Shown: piece after piece, positions 40,351-50,354 of the stretch | Layout of the letters: each line of letters starts with the position of its first letter | How positions within the stretch are numbered: position 1 is the first letter of the stretch | NCBI GenBank assembly: GCA_965261005.1 | Contig: OZ253376.1 | Location: forward strand, 32,001 to 96,000 | From: Deinococcus sp. | GTDB taxonomy: Bacteria; Deinococcota; Deinococci; Deinococcales; Deinococcaceae | Length of the DNA: 64,000 bases | Reading direction: 5' to 3' | Notes under the pieces: generated by a model | Seen by the model: only the letters and a program-made list of their open reading frames with translations | Database searches by the model: none | What the model was told of the DNA's origin: nothing | Program-made: the position numbers and the translations under genes

Positions 40351-41607
40351 ATGCACATACAAAGCCTGGGGCAAGTGGGGGTGATCGTCGCGGGCCAAGC
40401 GGTCAAGTGGCCGTCGAGCGCGTCGCGTGATTTGCTGTACCTGCTCCTCGGCAAGCCGCTCGGACATACCAAGGCGGAAATCATGCGCGCCTTGTGGAAC
40501 GCCGGCGACACCTTTGCCAACGACGGCCGTTTCAAAACGACCTTGTACCGCACACGGCAAACGCTGAACGACCCGGCGGCCGTGACCCTACAGGGCGGGC
40601 GCTACGTGCTGGCCGACAAGTACCACCAACACGCCGACTTCGTCATGTTCAAGCGGGCGTTGCAGCGGGCCAAGAGCTTGGACGGGCGCGACGAGCGGCT
40701 CACCAGCTATTACCAAGCCCTCAGCCTCTACGAAGGCGACTTCCTGCCCGATCATCCGGCCGAGTGGGCTGAGGAAACGCGCGACACGCTGCGCACCGCC
40801 CACGTGCGCGCCCGGCTCGACGTGGCGTTTTTGCACTGCGACGCGCTGGAATGCCAACTCGGCATTCGCAACCTCGCGACCGCCCTCGCCACCGATCCCC
40901 TGATCGGCGAAAATTATCACCAAGACCTGATGACCTGCCTCTGCACGGTGGGCAACCGTCACGGCGCCGTGTCGCACTACCGCCATTTTCTGAACTTTAT
41001 TCAGCGCGACATCGGCGACACGCCGACGGCCGAGACGCTGAACCTGGCCGAGCGGCTCAAACACGACGAGCCTCACGCCGCGCGGCACATCGGCGCGCTG
41101 GCGCCGTGTCCGAGGCGGCTGCTGTACGGCGTCAGCCCGCAAGGCGCGCCCGCCCCACACCTCGATCCGCAGCGCTTCGACCTCGAACTCGCGCGCGGCA
41201 AGCTGATCGTGAGCCTGCTGCACAAGCTCACACGAATCAGGGACTGGACGGCGCTCGCGCGCGTCGTGCAGCCCTTTGTCGTCAAGCACCTGCACACACC
41301 CTACGCCCGACTGATTCCGCGCGAGGCGCTGAGCGGCCCGGCGCCGCAAGACGCCGCAAGCGGGCAAGCCGAGCTGGACCGCGCCATAAGGGCGGCGCTC
41401 CTAAGCGCGCCGCCCAGCTCGACCGTCACCATTGCGGTCGACAACGTGGCGGTATGCGCCGAACCGATTATCCAGGGCGCGCAGGGCGTGCGCGCGTGGT
41501 TGTGCGCTTCCAAGCTGGAGGCGTCAGCCCTGAGCAACCACGACCGGGAACTCTTGTCGCGCGTGGCCGGCGCCGTCGCCTACGTGCTGCCGCAGCTGCG
41601 GGCCTGA
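40351..41607 (+). CDS. SARP/BTAD-type transcriptional activator with an extra C-terminal domain
   Basis: SLGQV...LLYLL...ALW wHTH; ALSLYEGDFL...WAEETR, DPLIGENYHQDLM BTAD; AGGAG RBS. Confidence 0.82.
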   Translation: MHIQSLGQVGVIVAGQAVKWPSSASRDLLYLLLGKPLGHTKAEIMRALWNAGDTFANDGRFKTTLYRTRQTLNDPAAVTLQGGRYVLADKYHQHADFVMFKRALQRAKSLDGRDERLTSYYQALSLYEGDFLPDHPAEWAEETRDTLRTAHVRARLDVAFLHCDALECQLGIRNLATALATDPLIGENYHQDLMTCLCTVGNRHGAVSHYRHFLNFIQRDIGDTPTAETLNLAERLKHDEPHAARHIGALAPCPRRLLYGVSPQGAPAPHLDPQRFDLELARGKLIVSLLHKLTRIRDWTALARVVQPFVVKHLHTPYARLIPREALSGPAPQDAASGQAELDRAIRAALLSAPPSSTVTIAVDNVAVCAEPIIQGAQGVRAWLCASKLEASALSNHDRELLSRVAGAVAYVLPQLRA

Positions 41608-41790
41608 TCAGGCCGACAGCTCGGCGTACACGACGCTGGCGACGTTGATGATGTAAGTGCGGCCATCCAGCGTGAATTCAAAGGCGCCGCGTCCCTCACG
41701 CACGGCCTGACGAAACTGCGCCACCTGGGTTTCCTTGACTTGATTGATGTGAAGCGACTTTCCGTCCAGCATAATAATGGTCATGTTCAT
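41608..41790 (-). CDS. Small hypothetical protein (60 aa)
   Basis: Globular-looking composition (MTIIMLDGKSL...YIINVASVVYAE), unlike GC shadow ORFs. Confidence 0.55.
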   Translation of the reverse strand: MNMTIIMLDGKSLHINQVKETQVAQFRQAVREGRGAFEFTLDGRTYIINVASVVYAELSA

Positions 41791-41842
41791 GTGTTCAGCA
41801 GTATGGGTATGAGCTGCGCGGCGCTGTCAAGTACAGCGCCGT

Positions 41843-43156
41843 TTAAAGACAGTCTTGACGCTTGTAATCAGCCATCCGGCCGCCCACCAAGCCCAAGTCC
41901 TTTCTTAGAGCGCTCACGCCGAGCGCGCCGAAAAGCTGGCAATCGAGGGCGCGCTCGGTGTACTCGACGTTCAGCACCAGCTTGCCGCGCTTGGTGTACT
42001 CGGCGAGCGGCCCGCACTCGTCGAACTGCTGGCATTCCTCGTTGAGCATGGCGTCAAACTTGTCCACCAACAGGTGACCAGTCCGGTCCTTGCTCAGAAT
42101 TTTGTCCGGGCCGTTCTTTTGAAACACGGCCAGCCCCTCACGGTGGGCCGCGTCGGCGATCCAGCCGTTGAAGTCAACCTGTTGCCGGGCCGTGATCACG
42201 CCGCCACGGACGTTCTCGTCGTTTTGCAGGTTGTCGGGTTCGACGGCGTCGAAGCCCTTGGCTTTGCACATCCGGAGGCGTTCCGTGAGCAGCTGGGCCA
42301 ACACCGAATTCGGCCGGAACACGTCTCGCACGTCCAGAAAGTATTCCCTCGGCCAGTCGGGGTCCTGCTGAAGCTTGAGGGCCTCGGGATAGCGCCCCGC
42401 GTCGGGGCGGTCCGGCTCCCAGCTGCCCGCGTCGATATAGCACACCGTGTAGACGCCTTGGCGCTTCAGGGCCGCGACCTTGGCGGCCGAGATGGCAAAG
42501 CCGTCCAGGTCCAGCAGCTGAACACCGGGGATAACCGTCACGTCGGCGTCGGTGTTCGCGCCGATCTGCCAGTCCCACCTGACCTTGCCCGCCGGCGGCG
42601 GCGTGACGCCGCGCGTCGGTTGGGAAACGGCTGGGATGGCGGGAACAGCCGGCGCCGTCAGCGCGCTTTCGCCCTCGATCACGTTCAAGGTGACCTCGGC
42701 GACCGTACCCGGCCGGCCGGCAGCGCGCGCACGGGCGTAGGGCGTCGCGGTCAGGACGTGAGCGCCCAGGCTGGGCGTCCAGCTGCGGTACTTGCCCTGA
42801 TCGTCGCCCGCGAGGGCAAAGGGGAGAATGTTTTCGGTGCGGGCGCCACCGTCGAGTTCAAAGCGGACGCTGGCCGCCCCGCGCGTCCGGGCTTGCACGT
42901 TCAAATGACGCCCGAGTTTGCTCAGGTCGAGCGTGGCCCCGGCGGGGATGGGGTCATATCCCGCGACGGCCCGGTTCGTGTCAGCGTCGATCAAGACGAG
43001 CTTCGTGACGGCGGGCGCGGCCAGGCGCTGCGCCTCCACCGTTCCCAGCTCGACGGCCGTTGGGGCTGACGCCGGCAGCGCCCGCGGCTCGGCCGTTCTG
43101 GCACAGGCCGTTAACATTCCAAACAAAGCGGTGAGCCAGAGGATGTTCTTGACCAT
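41843..43156 (-). CDS. Lipoprotein with an Ig-like domain and C-terminal GH114 (Ega3-like) endo-alpha-1,4-galactosaminidase
   Basis: Lipobox LTAC; WDWQI, VCYIDAGSWE, KGFDAVEPDN, QKN, NEEC and NVEY GH114 motifs. Confidence 0.85.
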   Translation of the reverse strand: MVKNILWLTALFGMLTACARTAEPRALPASAPTAVELGTVEAQRLAAPAVTKLVLIDADTNRAVAGYDPIPAGATLDLSKLGRHLNVQARTRGAASVRFELDGGARTENILPFALAGDDQGKYRSWTPSLGAHVLTATPYARARAAGRPGTVAEVTLNVIEGESALTAPAVPAIPAVSQPTRGVTPPPAGKVRWDWQIGANTDADVTVIPGVQLLDLDGFAISAAKVAALKRQGVYTVCYIDAGSWEPDRPDAGRYPEALKLQQDPDWPREYFLDVRDVFRPNSVLAQLLTERLRMCKAKGFDAVEPDNLQNDENVRGGVITARQQVDFNGWIADAAHREGLAVFQKNGPDKILSKDRTGHLLVDKFDAMLNEECQQFDECGPLAEYTKRGKLVLNVEYTERALDCQLFGALGVSALRKDLGLVGGRMADYKRQDCL

Positions 43157-43323
43157 GTGGACGCTCCTTCACCGGCCGGTTGCCCCGGCCTTCACCGCCA
43201 AGCATATCTGAAGATAACATTAAAGTTTTGCGCAAAAGTCTATAAAGCGGCGCTCATGGAAAAGCGACGCCACTTTGAGAGTCCAAGTCCACAGCAAGCC
43301 GCACCTGGGCTAAGGTAAACGCC

Positions 43324-44250
43324 GTGAATGAGACGAGGGTGCGGCCCTTTCAGATCGTCTGCGTCGGCGGCGCGGTGCTCGACCGCAAGTACCGGGGCCT
43401 CGGGCCGCTCTTAATGGGCACCTCGAACCCGGCGGCGGGGGAGCGTTCTTACGGCGGGGTGGCGCGCAACGTGGCGGAGAACTTGGCCCGCCTCGGGGTG
43501 CGCGTCTCGCTGCTGAGCTTGCTGGGCGACGACGCGGCCGGGCGGGCGGTCCTGGACCACACGGCGGGCGTGGGTGTGGACGTGAGCGCCTGTCAGGTGT
43601 TGCCTGGAGAACGCACCGCCGAGTACGTGGCCGTCTTGCAGCCGAATGGCGAGCTGCTGCTGGCCCTGGCGGATATGGCCATTTTCGACGCCCTGACGCC
43701 GGGGCAGCTGGAGGGGCGCTTGAACAGCGACTTTGTGTTCGCCGACTGCAACTTGCCGGCGGAAACGCTGGAGGCGCTGATCCGGCGAGGTGCCCCTTTC
43801 CGGCTGGCCCTGGACGCCGTGAGCGTGCCAAAGGCAGCCAAGCTGCCCCCGGACCTGCGCGGCGTGGACCTTCTGTTTCTCAACCGCGACCAGGGGGCAG
43901 CGCTGACGGGCGAACGTGAGCCGGCGGAGGTGGCCCGGGCGTTGCAGGAGCGCGGGGCCGCGAGCGTCGTGCTGACCCTCGGGCCGGGCGGGGTGGTCGT
44001 CGCGGCGGGCGAAACGCTCTCGCACCTGCCCGCCCCGAAGGTAGAGGTCGTGGACGTGACGGGGGCGGGCGACGCCCTGATCGCCGGGACGCTGTATGGT
44101 CTGCTGCGGGGCGGGGCGCTGCCGGAGGCGGCGCGGCTGGGCCAACGGGCCGCGCGGCTCGCGCTGGAAAGTGGGGCGAGCGTCCCCCCCGACCTCAGCC
44201 CCGAACGCCTTGGCCCGGACGACTTGGGAGGTCCATATGAACGCCCTTGA
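43324..44250 (+). CDS. psuK: PfkB family kinase, probably pseudouridine kinase
   Basis: [15 protein letters not shown] and DVTGAGD; overlaps psuG. Confidence 0.8.
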   Translation: MNETRVRPFQIVCVGGAVLDRKYRGLGPLLMGTSNPAAGERSYGGVARNVAENLARLGVRVSLLSLLGDDAAGRAVLDHTAGVGVDVSACQVLPGERTAEYVAVLQPNGELLLALADMAIFDALTPGQLEGRLNSDFVFADCNLPAETLEALIRRGAPFRLALDAVSVPKAAKLPPDLRGVDLLFLNRDQGAALTGEREPAEVARALQERGAASVVLTLGPGGVVVAAGETLSHLPAPKVEVVDVTGAGDALIAGTLYGLLRGGALPEAARLGQRAARLALESGASVPPDLSPERLGPDDLGGPYERP

Positions 44251-45163
44251 CTACTTAGAGCTGCACGAGGAGGTGCGCGCGGCGCTGTCGGCCGGTTTGC
44301 CGGTCGTGGCGCTGGAGTCCACCATCATCTCGCACGGAATGCCCCATCCGCAGAACTTGGAGACGGCCCGCGCCGTGGAGGCCGTTGTGCGCGAGTACGG
44401 CGCCGTGCCCGCCACGGTCGCCGTGCTGGACGGCAAAATTCACGTCGGTTTGGACACGGAGGCCCTGGAGCGGGTGGCCACCGAGCCGGGCGTCCAGAAG
44501 GTGAGCCGCCGCGACCTTCCGGTCGTGCTTTCCAGGCGCTTGACCGGCGCGACGACGGTGGCCGCCACCATGATCGCGGCGAACTTGGCGGGCGTCCGCA
44601 TTTTCGCCACCGGGGGCATCGGCGGCGTCCACCGGGGCGGGGAGAGCAGCCTGGACGTGTCCGCCGACCTGGCCGAGCTGGCGCGCACGGACGTGGCGGT
44701 CGTCTGCGCGGGGGCCAAGGCAATTTTGGATTTGCCGCGCACGCTGGAGTACCTGGAGACACGCGGCGTGCCGGTGCTGGGCTACCGCACCGACGACTTT
44801 CCCGCCTTTTATACGCGGGACAGCGGCCTCTCGGTGGACGCGCGGCTCGACTCGCCCGCCGAGGTGGCCGCCGCGCTGCGGACGAAGTGGGACCTGGGCC
44901 TCGCGGGCGGCGTTTTGATCGCCAACCCGGTGCCGGAGGGGGACGCCATGCCGAGGGCGGACATCGACGGGGCCATCGGGCGGGCGCTGGGCGAGGCCGA
45001 GGCCCAGCGCATCTCGGGCAAGGACGTGACGCCCTTCCTGCTCGCCCGCGTGGCCGAGCTGACGGAGGGCGCCAGCCTGCGCACCAACATCGCCTTGGTA
45101 AAGCACAACGCGCGGGTGGCGGCCCAGATCGCCGTGGCGCTCACCGGCGTGGGGGTGGGGTAG
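44237..45163 (+). CDS. psuG: Pseudouridine-5'-phosphate glycosidase
   Basis: [53 protein letters not shown]. Confidence 0.95.
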   Translation: MNALDYLELHEEVRAALSAGLPVVALESTIISHGMPHPQNLETARAVEAVVREYGAVPATVAVLDGKIHVGLDTEALERVATEPGVQKVSRRDLPVVLSRRLTGATTVAATMIAANLAGVRIFATGGIGGVHRGGESSLDVSADLAELARTDVAVVCAGAKAILDLPRTLEYLETRGVPVLGYRTDDFPAFYTRDSGLSVDARLDSPAEVAAALRTKWDLGLAGGVLIANPVPEGDAMPRADIDGAIGRALGEAEAQRISGKDVTPFLLARVAELTEGASLRTNIALVKHNARVAAQIAVALTGVGVG

Positions 45164-46105
45164 TCAGGCGGACGCGACCTCGAAGCTGAGCTGGACGCGG
45201 TTTGCGCCCGCGTCCAGCTCCTCGCGGGGCGGCCCGGCGGCGGCCCACGAAATCACGTCCTGCCAAAAGTGCCGGGCCGGCGCGTTGCGCTCGTGAAACG
45301 CCAGCGTCCACCGTCCGGGCCGTTCGCGCAGCACCTCCAAGGCGACGCGCCGGCCCAGCCCGCCGCCACGCCGGGCGCGCACGATGTGAAACTCGGCCAA
45401 GGCGTGCGCCGCCCCGCCCTCAAGCCGGCGCACCAGCGCGAAGCCGGCGGGGGCGCGGTCTACCCGCAGCAGGTAGGGATGGTGGCCGGCCTCTTGCCAG
45501 TACGCCCCGAAGTGCGGATAGGGGTAATGCCCCTGTTCGTCGAGGTCGCCGCCTTGGTAAAAGCTCAGCTCGTGTAGGTGAAGCTGAAGCAGGTTGTGCA
45601 GCACCGCCCTTTCTTCGCGCGCCGCGAGGTGCAGGTCGTAGGCGACCGGCCCGCCTTCCGGCGTTTCCAAACCGAAACGCCCCGAGCGCAACAGCGTGTC
45701 CCAACGTGCGAGCGCTCCGGCCAGCTGGGCGCGCTCGGCGTCCAACTGCGCGACCAGCGTGCGCGTGATGGCGTCCACCCGGCGCGCGCCGGGGCGCGTG
45801 AGCCGCAGCAGCGTCCGTTGCCCGCGCGCCGGGTCGGGAGCGCGGCTCACCAGCCCGGCCTTTTCGGCGCGCTGCGACAAGCCGACGGCGCTGTTGTGGG
45901 TGATGTGCAGTTCCCGCGCGACCTCCCCCACGCTGACGCCCCCCGGCGCGCTGGCGAGCAGCACCAACAGCAGGTACTGCCGCGCGGTCACGCCGCCGCG
46001 CTTGACGCGCGCCTCGCTGGCCGAATCGAACTCGGTCAGGGCGCAGTAAAAGCCCGCCAGAATCTTGTAGGCCGCCGCAGGAATCTGCGTGGACGCGCTG
46101 AGCAT
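45164..46105 (-). CDS. MarR-type wHTH fused to a GNAT acetyltransferase
   Basis: TARQYLLL...HNSAVGLSQRAEKAGLVSR MarR part; PAGFALVR...EFHIVRARRGGGLG GNAT part. Confidence 0.8.
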   Translation of the reverse strand: MLSASTQIPAAAYKILAGFYCALTEFDSASEARVKRGGVTARQYLLLVLLASAPGGVSVGEVARELHITHNSAVGLSQRAEKAGLVSRAPDPARGQRTLLRLTRPGARRVDAITRTLVAQLDAERAQLAGALARWDTLLRSGRFGLETPEGGPVAYDLHLAAREERAVLHNLLQLHLHELSFYQGGDLDEQGHYPYPHFGAYWQEAGHHPYLLRVDRAPAGFALVRRLEGGAAHALAEFHIVRARRGGGLGRRVALEVLRERPGRWTLAFHERNAPARHFWQDVISWAAAGPPREELDAGANRVQLSFEVASA

Positions 46106-46362
46106 GGCGGCAGTCTGGGCGCCCGGACGGCGCTTGTCCACTGCTCGGGACGTTGGATGCGCTCTTTATAAGAGCTTTCTCAGACAAGGCGCGCCGAGCA
46201 AGCGACCATCGAGGTTTTGAACGTGTCCCAGCAGAAAGTTCAACGCTTCATCTGGTGCTCAGCAAATGAGAAAACTTTTAATATCGGTTAAGCCGAGCGG
46301 CTGTACGCGCACTCGGCGAAACGGTTAGCGTGGCCATGTCGTCCCGCGACAAAGGAGGGAAC

Positions 46363-47433
46363 ATGGCCGCCCGTCCGCCGCCGCTTTTCGTTTCGGTTTT
46401 GGCCTTTTTGCTGGCCCTTTTGCTGGCGGGGAGCTTCGGCGCCCTCGCCCAGGGAGCGGCACAGGCCACACCTGGGGCGTCCCCCGTACCCTCCATCTTC
46501 GCGCCGGAGGGTCCCGAGGCTTCCCGCGTCGCCACCTGGGGCTGGATTCTGTTTTCGGTTGCGGCCGTGGTGTTCGTGGTCGTGGTCGCGCTGATCCTGT
46601 TCGCGCTGCTGCGGCGCGGGCTTGGGCGCCGGGCGAACGACCACCAGCAGCTGCCGCCCGAAAGCGAGCGGCGCTGGTTCGCCTTTGTGCTGATCGCGGG
46701 CGCCATCATTCCCGCCATCACCGTCAGCACCGTGATGGGCGTCAACATCTACAGCGAGCGGGCCGTCGCGCACGAGGCGCGGCAGCCGGCCCTGACCATT
46801 CAGGTGGTCGGGCACCAATGGTGGTGGGAGGTGTACTACCCCGGCCGGGGGTTCACGACCGCCAACGAGGTTCACGTGCCGGTGGGGCGGCCCGTGCAGC
46901 TCAAGCTCAACTCGGCGGACGTGATCCACTCGTTCTGGGTGCCGCAGCTGTCCCCCAAGTACGACTTGATTCCGGGACAGACCAACACCCTGGTCTTCAC
47001 GGCGGCCAAGGCCGGAACGTACCGCGGCCAGTGCGCCGAGTTCTGCGGCCTTCAGCACGCCAACATGGCCTTTATGGTGGTGGCCGAGAGCCAGGCGGAC
47101 TTCGACAGCTGGGCGGCCACCCAGACGCGGCCCGCCCCGCCGCCCGCCGCCAACAGCGCCGTGTTGCAGGGGCAGCAGATTTTCCTGGGGTCGGCCTGCG
47201 TGTATTGCCACGCCGTGCGCGGCACCAACGCCTCCAGCCGCCTTGGCCCGGACCTGACCCATGTCGCCTCGCGCCTCACTATCGGGGCGGGCGCCCTTCA
47301 GAACAACTACGGCAACTTGGCGGGCTGGGTCGTGAACGCCCAGGCGATCAAGCCGGGCAACAAGATGCCGCCCATGTACCTGTCCAGCGGGGAACTGCAC
47401 ACGCTGATGACCTATCTGGAGACGTTGCGATGA
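46363..47433 (+). CDS. coxB: Cytochrome c oxidase subunit II with fused cytochrome c (caa3 type)
   Basis: GHQWWW, DVIHSFW, CAEFCGLQHANM (CuA), CVYCH heme motif, KMP. Confidence 0.93.
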   Translation: MAARPPPLFVSVLAFLLALLLAGSFGALAQGAAQATPGASPVPSIFAPEGPEASRVATWGWILFSVAAVVFVVVVALILFALLRRGLGRRANDHQQLPPESERRWFAFVLIAGAIIPAITVSTVMGVNIYSERAVAHEARQPALTIQVVGHQWWWEVYYPGRGFTTANEVHVPVGRPVQLKLNSADVIHSFWVPQLSPKYDLIPGQTNTLVFTAAKAGTYRGQCAEFCGLQHANMAFMVVAESQADFDSWAATQTRPAPPPAANSAVLQGQQIFLGSACVYCHAVRGTNASSRLGPDLTHVASRLTIGAGALQNNYGNLAGWVVNAQAIKPGNKMPPMYLSSGELHTLMTYLETLR

Positions 47434-47458
47434 AAAACTTTTGTGTCGGGGAGGCCGT

Positions 47459-49918
47459 ATGGCGCGCACGCTTGAGGGGCTGAGGGAACGCTGGGAGCCG
47501 CCGGCCGGCCTCAGCAAGTGGCTGGGCACGGTGGACCACAAGACCATCGGGGTGCGCTACATCTTCACGGCCTTTGTATTTTTTCTGCTGGGCGGTTTGG
47601 AGGCGCTGATGATGCGGCTGCAACTGGCCTTTCCCGGGCAACGGCTGCTGAGTCCCGAAGCCTACAACCAGACCTTCTCGATGCACGGCACCACCATGAT
47701 CTTTCTGTTCGCCACGCCCATCCTGTTCGGGCTGGGCAACTACTTCGTGCCGCTGCTGATCGGGGCGCGCGACATGGCCTACCCGCGCGCCAACGCCCTG
47801 AGCTACTGGGTATTTCTGTTCGGCGGGCTGTTTTTGTATGCCAGCTTTCTGATCGGGCGGGCGCCCGACGCGGGCTGGTTCTCGTACGTACCGCTGTCCA
47901 CCCGCGCCTACTCGACGGGGCCGGGCCTCGACTTCTGGTCGCTCGCGCTGCTGTTCCTGGGCATCGCCACCACGGTCGGGTCGGCCAACTTCATCGTCAC
48001 CATTTTCAAGCTGCGCGCCCCCGGCATGAGCGTCTCGCGCATCCCGCTGTTTTGCTGGACCATCATGGTCACGGCCTTTACGGTGATCTTCGCGCTGCCC
48101 ATTCTGAACGCCGCCAACCTGCTGCTCATTCTGGAGCGCCAATTGGGCTGGCACTTCTTCGATCCGGCCTACGGCGGCCAGCCGCTGTTGTGGCAACACC
48201 TGTTTTGGCTGTTCGGGCACCCGGACGTGTACATCATCGCGCTGCCTGCCTTTGGCATCCTCTCGGAGGTCATCGCCGCCTTTTCGCGCCGTCCCGTCGT
48301 GGCCTTTGTGCTGGTGGCGATGTCCTCGGTCGCCACCGGCATCATCGGCTTCGGCGTGTGGGCGCACCACATGTTCGCGGTGGGCATGTCGCCGCTGGCC
48401 ACCTCCTTTTTCAGCGCGTCCTCCTTTGTGATCGTGGTTCCGGCGGGCATCCAGATTTTTGCCTGGACGTCCACTTTGATCACCGGACGGCTCAACGTCA
48501 AGACGCCGCTGCTGTTCGCGATGGGCGCGCTGGTGGTGCTGACCGTCGGCGGCCTCTCGGGCATGACCTACCCGCTGATCGCCTTTGATAGGCAGGTGAC
48601 CGACTCCTACTACGTGGTCGCCCACCTGCACTACGTCCTGATCGGCGGCATGGTCTTTCCGCTGTTCGCCGCGCTGTACTACTGGCTGCCCAAGATCACC
48701 GGGCGGCTGCTCAGCGAGACCTGGGGCGCCATCACTTTTTGGATCATCTTCATCGGCTTCAACCTGGCCTTTTTTCCCATGCACATTCAGGGGTTGCTGG
48801 GCATGCCGCGCCGGGTCTACACCTATCAAGACAGCCTGGGCTGGAGCGGCCTCAACCTGCTCGAAACGGTTGGCGCCTTTATTCTGGGCTTTGGCATCCT
48901 GTCCTTTATTTTCAACTTTTGGCAGAGCTTGCGCGGCGGCCAGCTCGCCGGGCCGAACCCGTGGGGCGCGGGCACCCTGGAGTGGGCCACGCCGTCGCCG
49001 CCCCCGCCGTACAACTTCCGCACCCTGCCCCTGGTACGCGGCGCCTACCCTATCTGGGACGCCGAGCGCACGGGCGTGGGCTTGTGGGATTCGCGCGATC
49101 CCACCGACCCTTACGAGCACCAAACGCTGTCCACGGACCTCTTGACCGGGCAGCCGCAGGACAGGGTGCCGCTGCCGCGCTACTCGCTGGAACCCTTTTG
49201 GCTGGCGGTGGGCATCGCGACCGTGTTCGTCGGGGCGCTGCTGAGCCTTCTATGGGTGATGATCGTGGGCGGCGCGCTCGCGGTCGCCATGATCTTTTTG
49301 TGGATGCGCCCGGTGCTCGAAAAGCGTGAGCAGACCACCGAGGACCAGCGCGACGACCCGCACGCCCTGCCCCGCTGGGGCCTGATCATGCTGATCCTGA
49401 CCGAGACCGCCCTGTTCGGCGGCCTGGTCGCGTCGTGGTATTACCTGGAGGTCAACGCCGCGCTGTGGCCACCGAACGGCGTCAAGCTGCCCGAGCTGGC
49501 TATTCCCATCATCAATACCGCCCTGCTGCTGTCCAGCTCGGTCACCATTATCTTCGCGGGGCGCGGCCTCAGAAACGACAACCGCCGCACCGCGATGCTG
49601 GGCGTCGCGGCCAGCTTCGTGCTGGGCGCGGCCTTTTTGGGTTTGCAAATCTACGAGTTCGTCAGCGCCGACTTCGCCCCGACCGACCACGCCTACGGCT
49701 CGACTTGGTTCACGGTGCTGGGGCTGCACGGCCTTCACGTGCTGGTGGGCCTCTTGCTGATGCTGGCCCTGCTGTACTGGCTGCGGAGGGGCTACTTTAC
49801 CAAGGACCGCCACACCACCGTTCACACCGTCAGCTTGTACTGGCACTTCGTGGACGCGGTGTGGGTGATCCTGATCCTGCCCGCCATCTACCTGTCGCCG
49901 TACCTGGGAAGGCACTGA
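47459..49918 (+). CDS. ctaD: Cytochrome c oxidase subunit I fused to subunit III
   Basis: DHKTIG, MHGTTM, GHPDVY, WAHH, VAHLHY; C-terminal GLHGLHV and YWHFVDAVW (subunit III). Confidence 0.92.
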   Translation: MARTLEGLRERWEPPAGLSKWLGTVDHKTIGVRYIFTAFVFFLLGGLEALMMRLQLAFPGQRLLSPEAYNQTFSMHGTTMIFLFATPILFGLGNYFVPLLIGARDMAYPRANALSYWVFLFGGLFLYASFLIGRAPDAGWFSYVPLSTRAYSTGPGLDFWSLALLFLGIATTVGSANFIVTIFKLRAPGMSVSRIPLFCWTIMVTAFTVIFALPILNAANLLLILERQLGWHFFDPAYGGQPLLWQHLFWLFGHPDVYIIALPAFGILSEVIAAFSRRPVVAFVLVAMSSVATGIIGFGVWAHHMFAVGMSPLATSFFSASSFVIVVPAGIQIFAWTSTLITGRLNVKTPLLFAMGALVVLTVGGLSGMTYPLIAFDRQVTDSYYVVAHLHYVLIGGMVFPLFAALYYWLPKITGRLLSETWGAITFWIIFIGFNLAFFPMHIQGLLGMPRRVYTYQDSLGWSGLNLLETVGAFILGFGILSFIFNFWQSLRGGQLAGPNPWGAGTLEWATPSPPPPYNFRTLPLVRGAYPIWDAERTGVGLWDSRDPTDPYEHQTLSTDLLTGQPQDRVPLPRYSLEPFWLAVGIATVFVGALLSLLWVMIVGGALAVAMIFLWMRPVLEKREQTTEDQRDDPHALPRWGLIMLILTETALFGGLVASWYYLEVNAALWPPNGVKLPELAIPIINTALLLSSSVTIIFAGRGLRNDNRRTAMLGVAASFVLGAAFLGLQIYEFVSADFAPTDHAYGSTWFTVLGLHGLHVLVGLLLMLALLYWLRRGYFTKDRHTTVHTVSLYWHFVDAVWVILILPAIYLSPYLGRH

Positions 49919-49928
49919 TGTTGATGTG

Positions 49929-49967
49929 CCCCTCACCCCCAGCCCCTCTCCCCTTGCGGGAGCGGGA
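49929..49967 (+). repeat. REP-like palindromic unit
   Basis: CCCCTCACCCCCAGCCCCTCTCCCCTTGCGGGAGCGGGA, an intergenic match to the widespread CCCTCACCC..CCTCTCCC..GGGAGAGGG repeat pattern. Confidence 0.5.
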
Positions 49968-49985
49968 CGGAAGAGAGGTCTCCCG

Positions 49986-50354
49986 ATGACCCAGCAGTCC
50001 GACCTGTTGGGCAAGCTGGGGCAGGTGCCCAGGTGGCACTTCTGGTTCGCGCTGCTCGCGGCGCCGCTGGCGTGGTTCGCGCAGATCAACCTCGGCCTGG
50101 CCTTTACGCCGCTGGCCTGCGGCGGCAACCCGTGGCCGCTGTACGTGCTGAACGCGGCGGTCCTGCTGATCGCCGTGGCCGGTTTGCTGGTCGCGCTGCG
50201 GCTGCAAGGGCAGAACGAACAGCCGCAGGGCGTGGCGGAACGGGTCACGCGCTACCTGGGCCGCTTCAGCGCCTGGGGCAACGCCATCTACGTCTTCGTG
50301 GTCGTGATGACCGGCGTGGTCACGCTGCTGGTGCAGGCGTGCAGGTTGAGCTGA
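49986..50354 (+). CDS. Small three-TM membrane protein of the oxidase operon
   Basis: Three hydrophobic segments, two Cys; TGATG coupling to the next gene. Confidence 0.7.
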   Translation: MTQQSDLLGKLGQVPRWHFWFALLAAPLAWFAQINLGLAFTPLACGGNPWPLYVLNAAVLLIAVAGLLVALRLQGQNEQPQGVAERVTRYLGRFSAWGNAIYVFVVVMTGVVTLLVQACRLS

